This document shows positions 57,639-64,000 of a DNA stretch of 64,000 nt, one piece after another. A program made the translations under genes and the position numbers. Source of the stretch: Methylophagaceae bacterium. GTDB taxonomy: Bacteria > Pseudomonadota > Gammaproteobacteria > Nitrosococcales > Methylophagaceae. Each line of letters opens with the position of its first letter. The stretch's first letter is position 1. The notes under the pieces were generated by a model, which was not told the origin of the DNA, did not search any database, and saw only the letters and a list, made by a program, of their open reading frames with translations. The stretch spans positions 1,289,903-1,353,902 of the forward strand of contig OZ244743.1 of the NCBI GenBank assembly GCA_965219435.1, read 5' to 3'.

Positions 57639-59341
57639 GTCGTCAAAAGAATAGTTTCACACAGGTTGGCGCTTGGCGCGTAAACCTAGTCCGACTAGTT
57701 TTTATAAGTTTAGTCGTAGGTCTTGCTTGGCGATTAACAGATATTCAGGTGTTGAATTCAGAATTTTTACGTAGTCAGGGTGATGCTCGTCATCTCAGAA
57801 ATGTCACTGTCTCAGCGCATCGAGGAATGATACTTGATCGCAATAATGAACCATTAGCGATTAGTACACCTGTCGAGTCGGTATGGATTAACCCTCAAGA
57901 TGTGTCAGTGGATAATGCCCAGTTGCCTCAACTGGCTAAATTGCTGTCACTCAATACGGGTTCGATTAAGAAAAAAATTAAAGCTAATAAAACACGTGAA
58001 TTTGTTTATTTGAAAAGACGAATAGCACCAGAGTTAGCAGACAGAGTGAGGCAGCTCAATATTTCTGGTGTGGCATTACAGCGAGAATATAAACGCTATT
58101 ACCCCGCAGGCGAAGTAACTGCTCACTTGCTTGGGTTCACTAATGTCGATGATAAAGGTCAGGAAGGACTTGAGTTGACACATAATGACACGCTAACAGG
58201 TGTATCAGGCCTGAAACGTATGATGCGCGATCGATATGGTCGTTATGTTGGTGGTGGTGAGCAGTTAGCTGCGACTAAAGCAGGACAGGACATACAGCTT
58301 AGTATTGACTTACGTTTGCAGTATTTAAGTTATCAAGCGCTTAAATCAGCAGTCAATAAGTATCATGCGCGCTCAGGTTCTGCCGTTGTTTTGGATATAC
58401 AAACTGGCGAAGTGTTGGCAATGGTCAATCAGCCTGCCTTTAACCCCAATAATCGCCGAGGCTTAACTGCGAGTGATTATCGTAATCGTGCCGTTATAGA
58501 TTTGTTTGAGCCAGGCTCAACAGTTAAACCGTTTACTGTCGCGGCAGGCTTAAAATCAGGTAAATTCAATGTAACAACAAAGGTTGATACTAATCCCGGC
58601 TATTTTAAAGTCGGTGGGCATGCCATCAAAGATCACCATAATTTAGGTGAAATTAGTTTGGCGACCTTGATTCAAAAATCGAGCAATGTTGCTGCAAGTA
58701 AAGTCGCTTTGTCACTAAAGCCGGATGATTTGTGGCAAGGCTTTTCTGCTTTTGGATTGGCAGAGCCAAGCGGTGCTTATTTTCCGGGTGAAGCAATGGG
58801 CCATTTACCCGACCTACAAACATGGCGTGAATTTGATCGTGCAACTTTAGCCTTTGGCTATGGTATGGCGACAACGACATTGCAATTAGCGCGTGCTTAC
58901 ATGGTTTTAGCAAATGGCGGTATTTTACGCCCAGTTAGCTTACAGAAAACGGCACAGGTTCCTACGGGTAAAAGGGTGTACTCCAGTGATGTGATGAAAC
59001 AAGTGTTGAACATGATGGAGTCGGTAACACTGAGGGGAGGAACGGCAGAGAAAGCGGCAGTGGTTAACTATAAAGTCGCAGGTAAGACCGGAACAGCTAT
59101 CAAGGCGGCACGTGGTGGTTATGCCGTTGGCAAGTACATATCATTATTTGCAGGCGTTATCCCCGCTAGTAATCCCCGTCTAGCCATGGTTGTGATGGTT
59201 GATGAGCCTCGAGGGAATGTGTATTACGGTGGACTGGTGGCGGCACCAGTATTTTCGGAAGTCATGACTGGAGCAATGAGAATATTAAATATTGCACCTG
59301 ATAATTTGCCTGAGTCAGGATTTTTGGTGGCGAAGAAATGA
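57635..59341 (+). CDS. ftsI: peptidoglycan D,D-transpeptidase FtsI (PBP3)
   Basis: 568 aa. SxxK (PGSTVKP), SxN (KSSNVA) and KTG (AGKTGTA). Confidence 0.95.
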   Translation: MSRQKNSFTQVGAWRVNLVRLVFISLVVGLAWRLTDIQVLNSEFLRSQGDARHLRNVTVSAHRGMILDRNNEPLAISTPVESVWINPQDVSVDNAQLPQLAKLLSLNTGSIKKKIKANKTREFVYLKRRIAPELADRVRQLNISGVALQREYKRYYPAGEVTAHLLGFTNVDDKGQEGLELTHNDTLTGVSGLKRMMRDRYGRYVGGGEQLAATKAGQDIQLSIDLRLQYLSYQALKSAVNKYHARSGSAVVLDIQTGEVLAMVNQPAFNPNNRRGLTASDYRNRAVIDLFEPGSTVKPFTVAAGLKSGKFNVTTKVDTNPGYFKVGGHAIKDHHNLGEISLATLIQKSSNVAASKVALSLKPDDLWQGFSAFGLAEPSGAYFPGEAMGHLPDLQTWREFDRATLAFGYGMATTTLQLARAYMVLANGGILRPVSLQKTAQVPTGKRVYSSDVMKQVLNMMESVTLRGGTAEKAAVVNYKVAGKTGTAIKAARGGYAVGKYISLFAGVIPASNPRLAMVVMVDEPRGNVYYGGLVAAPVFSEVMTGAMRILNIAPDNLPESGFLVAKK

Positions 59342-60888
59342 ATAGGGTTAATAAGCATTCATTGACGTCGTTGGTCGTTGGCATGGTGGCTGATCCTTCT
59401 GTCATTGTTGATGTGAAGCTAACAGGATTGACCTTGGATAGCCGCAAAGTAGTATCAGGTCAGTTATTTATTTCTCTTGCGGCTAATAGGCAGCAACGTA
59501 GTAAACACCTTAAGCAAGCACTCACAGTGGGTGCTGTCGCTGTTGTATATGACGCGGGACACGACTTATCAGAGCAAGACTTCTTATCACTGGCTGAATT
59601 TAATGTTCGTGCTTATCCCATTAAGAGTTTGGTTGATAAGGTGGGTGAGATTGCTGCTCGTTTCTACGGTCACCCCTCCTTAGCCATGACCGTGATTGCA
59701 ATAACAGGGACAAATGGTAAAACGTCTGTTAGTCAATTTATCGCCCAGAGTTTAGAGTTTTTAGGTAAACCATGTGGTGTTATTGGCACGTTAGGTGTTG
59801 GCCGCATTGATAATTTACAGGCAACCGGTATGACAACGCCAGACCCTATTAGCTTGCAAGCAGCATTAGCCAGTTTATGCCAACAGTCTATTAAGTATGT
59901 TGTTATTGAAGCGTCATCACATGCACTAGAGCAAGGCAGGCTAAACAGCGTGGATGTTGATGTGGCTGTCTTGACTAATTTAAGTCGAGATCACCTTGAT
60001 TATCATAGTGATATGGCTAGTTATGCTAGAGCCAAACAGCGTTTATTTGAGATGGATAACATTAAAACCGCGGTGATTAATAAGGGTGATGAGTTTGGCC
60101 AATCATTAATCGCAAGATTAAGTGGCAGAAATAACCTGAATTTAATGACATATAGCAGTCATATTGACGATGCTGTGACATGGCAAGCACAAACCATTAA
60201 GGCAACAAGTCAGGGTGTTGAGTTTGTGCTGGTCGGCGAAGCTGAGCGTGATGATATAAAGAGTCCTTTATTAGGGCGATTTAATGTCGATAACCTACTT
60301 GCTACAGCGGCCAGTCTCTTAGCCATTAATATTACATTTGCTGACACAGTGACCGCATTAGCTCAGTGTCATTCAGTTGATGGCCGCATGGAAAGTTACG
60401 GGAGTAAGCAGCAGCCTCAGGTCGTAATAGATTTTGCACATACCCCTGATGCATTAGAGAAAGCATTGAAAGCATTACGTGCTCATTTAACAAAGAATAG
60501 TCAGTTATGGTGTGTCTTTGGGTGTGGTGGTGACCGTGATGTGGGTAAACGTTCAGTGATGGGCCGAACTGCCGAACTGTATGCCGACAAGATTGTGTTA
60601 ACAAATGATAATCCAAGAAGTGAAGTGCCAGAGCTCATTGTTCAGGATATTTTATCGGGTATTCACAATACACAAAAAGTGCATATTGAACAGGACCGTC
60701 AGCTAGCGATTACTTACGCTATAACTCATGCAAAACTAGCAGATATTATCTTAGTTGCAGGAAAAGGCCATGAGCAATATCAGGAAATAGCGGGAGTGAA
60801 ACATACATTTAGTGATGCGGTGGTTGTGAACAATGTTTTACAAGCCGCGAATGATTCCTATCGATTATTACGAGGCGTCGAATCATGA
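59338..60888 (+). CDS. murE: UDP-N-acetylmuramoyl-L-alanyl-D-glutamate--2,6-diaminopimelate ligase
   Basis: LTLDSRKV, GTNGKTS and TNLSRDHLDYH. The DNPR motif (TNDNPRSE) indicates meso-DAP specificity. Confidence 0.95.
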   Translation: MNRVNKHSLTSLVVGMVADPSVIVDVKLTGLTLDSRKVVSGQLFISLAANRQQRSKHLKQALTVGAVAVVYDAGHDLSEQDFLSLAEFNVRAYPIKSLVDKVGEIAARFYGHPSLAMTVIAITGTNGKTSVSQFIAQSLEFLGKPCGVIGTLGVGRIDNLQATGMTTPDPISLQAALASLCQQSIKYVVIEASSHALEQGRLNSVDVDVAVLTNLSRDHLDYHSDMASYARAKQRLFEMDNIKTAVINKGDEFGQSLIARLSGRNNLNLMTYSSHIDDAVTWQAQTIKATSQGVEFVLVGEAERDDIKSPLLGRFNVDNLLATAASLLAINITFADTVTALAQCHSVDGRMESYGSKQQPQVVIDFAHTPDALEKALKALRAHLTKNSQLWCVFGCGGDRDVGKRSVMGRTAELYADKIVLTNDNPRSEVPELIVQDILSGIHNTQKVHIEQDRQLAITYAITHAKLADIILVAGKGHEQYQEIAGVKHTFSDAVVVNNVLQAANDSYRLLRGVES

Positions 60889-62240
60889 GTTTTCCAATAT
60901 ATTTATCACAAATAGCCAAGGTTTTAGGGTGTGAATCCCCCGTAATTGATGTCGTCATATCAGGCACGGTGATTGACAGTAGAAAAGTAGTGCAGGGTTC
61001 ATTATTTGTGGCTATTGCTGGCCAACACGTCGATGGTCATGACTATATTGTTGCGGCGAGACAGGCGGGGGCAAGTGCGGCATTAGTGTCGAAAAAAACC
61101 AATGATGCCTTGCCGCAATTAATTGTTCAAGATGTAGTGGAAGCCTTTGGAATTTTAGCTAAATTCTGGCGACAGCAAGGTGATTTAACGGTTGTTGCAG
61201 TGACAGGTAGTAATGGCAAAACTACGGTCAAAGAAATGATTTCCGCTATCTTAAGCCAGTCTGGATCGGTTGTCGCGACACAAGGTAATTTAAATAATGA
61301 ACTCGGTGTTCCGCTGACTTTGACACGCTTAAATGCATCAACCAATTATGCGGTGATTGAAATGGGTGCAAATCATCGAGGTGAAATTTCACGATTGGTT
61401 GAAATGGCTGAGCCACAGTTTTCAATTATTAATAACGTTGGTGCAGCGCACTTAGAAGGCTTTGGTGATTTAATGGGTGTGGCTAAAGCAAAAGCAGAAA
61501 TATATTTAGGTTTAGCTGAAGATGGCATGGGAATAATTAATGCCGATATGGAATATGTTGATCAATGGAAGCAAGTACTTGGCAACAGGAAAAATATTAG
61601 TTTTGCAATAGAAAATGATGCCGATATTAAAGCACAAGACTTGCAGATAGACACTAATTCGAGTCACTTTATGGTCGAGTTAGCTGGCGACTTTCATTAT
61701 GTGAATGTCCCGCTTCCTGGCTTACATAATGTGGCTAATGCTTTGGCTGCGATTGCCATGACCTATGCAATAGGCATTCCTGGTGCCGATATGGTGAAAG
61801 GTTTAGCGACGATGTCTTCTGTGCCACACCGGTTACAAGTACGAGCAGGGATCAATCAGTCACAGCTAATAGACGATACTTATAACGCAAATCCAGACTC
61901 GTATCAGCAGGCCTTAGCGACTTTATCTTCTTTTGCTGGTGAACATTGGTTAGTGCTAGGTGATTTCGGCGAATTAGGTGATGGTAGCGAACAGATACAT
62001 GCGCAAATGGGTATTGATGCTAAAAAGTCTGGTGTTCAACGCTTATTGGCCGTAGGTGAGCAAAGTAAAAAAGCATGTACAACATTTGGTGACAATAGCC
62101 AACATTTTGATGATTTTGACTCACTTAAAACCTCATTAGAACAACTGCTTACGAGTAAAGTAACGTGTCTTATTAAAGGCTCGCGTTTTATGCAATTAGA
62201 CAGGTTAGCAGATGCGCTGGCTGAAAAGGGAGAAGGTTGA
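60885..62240 (+). CDS. murF: UDP-N-acetylmuramoyl-tripeptide--D-alanyl-D-alanine ligase
   Basis: [23 protein letters not shown] and DDTYNANP. Confidence 0.95.
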   Translation: MSFPIYLSQIAKVLGCESPVIDVVISGTVIDSRKVVQGSLFVAIAGQHVDGHDYIVAARQAGASAALVSKKTNDALPQLIVQDVVEAFGILAKFWRQQGDLTVVAVTGSNGKTTVKEMISAILSQSGSVVATQGNLNNELGVPLTLTRLNASTNYAVIEMGANHRGEISRLVEMAEPQFSIINNVGAAHLEGFGDLMGVAKAKAEIYLGLAEDGMGIINADMEYVDQWKQVLGNRKNISFAIENDADIKAQDLQIDTNSSHFMVELAGDFHYVNVPLPGLHNVANALAAIAMTYAIGIPGADMVKGLATMSSVPHRLQVRAGINQSQLIDDTYNANPDSYQQALATLSSFAGEHWLVLGDFGELGDGSEQIHAQMGIDAKKSGVQRLLAVGEQSKKACTTFGDNSQHFDDFDSLKTSLEQLLTSKVTCLIKGSRFMQLDRLADALAEKGEG

Positions 62241-63322
62241 TGCTGCTCTACCTAAGTGAGTATTTAAGCCAGTTTCATAGTGGTTTTAATGTTTTTCAGT
62301 ATCTAACCTTACGTGCCATTTTGGGCATTATTACGGCTTTAGGCATTGCGTTAATCGTTGGTCCAACGATGATCCGTCATTTAAGTTTCAAACAAATTGG
62401 TCAAGTCGTTCGCGATGATGGCCCGGAAACACATTTGAGCAAAAGCGGCACGCCAACAATGGGTGGGGCATTAATCTTAGTGGCGATTGCGGTCAGTACA
62501 TTATTGTGGGCTGATTTAAGTAGTCGCTATGTCTGGGTTGCGCTTCTCGTGACTTTAGCTTTTGGCGTAATTGGCTTCATTGATGATTACATTAAATTAG
62601 TGCGTCAAGATACCAGAGGTTTATTGAGTCGCTACAAATATTTTTGGCAATCAGTTGTCGGTGCTAGCGCAGCTGTTTTTTTATATATGACCGCGATTGG
62701 ACCAGTAGAAACTCAATTAATAGTGCCATTCTTCAAAGACATTGTGGTGCCACTCGGTGCTGGGTATATGTTGCTTACTTACTTAGTCATTGTAGGTAGT
62801 AGTAATGCTGTGAACTTAACGGATGGACTAGATGGTTTGGCCATTATGCCGACAGTGATGGTGGCTGCGGCATTAGGTTTGTTTAGTTATCTAACCGGTC
62901 ACTTTGAGTTTGCGCGGTACTTATCAATTCCTTACATACCTGGTGTCGGTGAATTAACCGTTTTTTGTGCCGCCATGGTGGGTGCTGGCTTGGGCTTTCT
63001 TTGGTTTAATACTTATCCTGCTCAAGTGTTTATGGGAGACATTGGCGCATTGGCTTTGGGTGCGGCTTTGGGTACTGTGGCTGTTTTAGTCCGCCAAGAA
63101 TTAGTGTTGTTGATAATGGGTGGGGTGTTTGTTGTTGAAACACTCTCCGTTATTTTACAAGTTGGTTCTTACAAATTACGTGGTAAGCGCGTATTTTTAA
63201 TGGCGCCCATTCATCATCATTATGAATTAAAAGGCTGGCCTGAGCCACGCATTATTGTGCGTTTCTGGATCATTACTGTATTCCTTGTGTTGATCGGCCT
63301 AGCGAGTTTGAAAATACGATGA
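62237..63322 (+). CDS. mraY: phospho-N-acetylmuramoyl-pentapeptide transferase
   Basis: [26 protein letters not shown] and [10 protein letters not shown]. Confidence 0.97.
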   Translation: MMLLYLSEYLSQFHSGFNVFQYLTLRAILGIITALGIALIVGPTMIRHLSFKQIGQVVRDDGPETHLSKSGTPTMGGALILVAIAVSTLLWADLSSRYVWVALLVTLAFGVIGFIDDYIKLVRQDTRGLLSRYKYFWQSVVGASAAVFLYMTAIGPVETQLIVPFFKDIVVPLGAGYMLLTYLVIVGSSNAVNLTDGLDGLAIMPTVMVAAALGLFSYLTGHFEFARYLSIPYIPGVGELTVFCAAMVGAGLGFLWFNTYPAQVFMGDIGALALGAALGTVAVLVRQELVLLIMGGVFVVETLSVILQVGSYKLRGKRVFLMAPIHHHYELKGWPEPRIIVRFWIITVFLVLIGLASLKIR

Positions 63323-64000
63323 GCCTGTTGCCTAATCAAGCGATTGATTCACAGTCATACCTAATTATTGGCTTAGGCCAAACGGGTTTGTCGTGTGTAC
63401 GATTCTTGGTGAAGCAGGGGTATGCCGTTGCCATTATGGATACGCGAGAGCAACCACCAGAATTAGCTACTTTGCAGGCTGAATATCCTGAGGTTATCGT
63501 ACATATTGGTGGGCTGGAGTCGGCTTGGTTACTACAAGCAGCTGTGATTGTGATCAGTCCTGGAGTAGACCCTCGTCTTCCGGAAATTGTAGCGGCAAAA
63601 CAAGCAGGTATTGAGATAATCGGTGATATAGAATTATTTGCACGTTATGCCAATGCACCTATAGTCGCTATCACAGGTTCAAATGGTAAAAGTACAGTCA
63701 CCACATTATTGGCTGAAATGGTTGAACAAGCAGCTAAGACAATGCGTGTTGGTGGCAATTTAGGTACACCAGCATTGAATTTAATTTGTGAACCAGCCCC
63801 TGATTTCTACATTGTTGAACTCTCGAGTTTTCAGTTAGAAACAGTCAATACTTTGAACGCCTTTGCCTCAACAGTGCTCAATATCAGCCCAGACCATTTG
63901 GATCGGTATGACAGTGTAGAAGATTATCAGTTAGCAAAATCACGAATTTTTAATGGTGACGGTGTAATGGTCATTAATCGTGATGATGAGATTGTGAAAA
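63319..64000 (+). CDS. murD: UDP-N-acetylmuramoylalanine--D-glutamate ligase, 5' part (truncated by the window end)
   Basis: My own translation from the ATG at 63319 (overlapping the mraY stop) gives [34 protein letters not shown]...ITGSNGKST. Absent from the ORF track because there is no stop codon before the window end. Confidence 0.9.
   Translation, partial: MSLLPNQAIDSQSYLIIGLGQTGLSCVRFLVKQGYAVAIMDTREQPPELATLQAEYPEVIVHIGGLESAWLLQAAVIVISPGVDPRLPEIVAAKQAGIEIIGDIELFARYANAPIVAITGSNGKSTVTTLLAEMVEQAAKTMRVGGNLGTPALNLICEPAPDFYIVELSSFQLETVNTLNAFASTVLNISPDHLDRYDSVEDYQLAKSRIFNGDGVMVINRDDEIVK

Overview
This is a chromosomal window from an AT-rich gammaproteobacterium. AT-richness is judged by eye, and the Pseudomonas/Oceanospirillales-like gene order is recalled from memory; no search or computation was run.

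Contents, in order:
- The 3' part of an rRNA operon: complete 23S with its processing stem, 5S, and a strong terminator.
- A minus-strand housekeeping run: hpnC-like, rmuC, a HAD phosphatase, ubiG and mtaD. It is divergent from mtnA, an SDR and a kinase-like ORF.
- A TAT-exported PhoX.
- A TPP-riboswitch-controlled operon: TonB receptor, YkoF-like protein, PnuC-like permease.
- cysB, divergent from a sulfur assimilation block: TSUP permease, TusA-like protein, cysH (Fe-S APS reductase type), cysD and cysN. Further on are a NirA/CysI-type sulfite reductase, a DUF934 protein and apaH.
- ribH-nusB-thiL-pgpA.
- A complete type IV pilus minor-pilin operon: fimU-pilV-pilW-pilX-pilY1, a small secreted ORF, and pilE.
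- An adenosine-kinase-like PfkB, rnd, moaB, an OmpA-like lipoprotein and rlmB.
- rpsF-rpsR, a membrane protein, then rplI-dnaB-alr-radA.
- hemJ, and dolP-yraN-lpoA divergent from rsmI.
- RNase P RNA, and a PAS-GGDEF-EAL protein.
- The start of the dcw cluster: mraZ-rsmH-ftsL-ftsI-murE-murF-mraY-murD (murD truncated by the window end).

I found no transposase, integrase, phage, CRISPR, toxin-antitoxin or recognisable defence gene. I cannot defend any ORF cluster here as a wholly new system. The items most worth a second look are:
1. The riboswitch-controlled thiamine-salvage operon, which has a cytoplasmic YkoF-like binder but no kinase.
2. A TSUP + TusA-like pair heading the cysHDN operon.
3. 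An SDR and a divergent APH-fold kinase tightly coupled to mtnA.
4. A decaying 16-22 bp tandem repeat ending in a GATC cluster, between rnpB and the GGDEF-EAL gene.
5. Three copies of TGTGGATCA flanking a near-consensus mraZ promoter.

All coordinates of non-coding features were hand-indexed and may be off by a few nucleotides.
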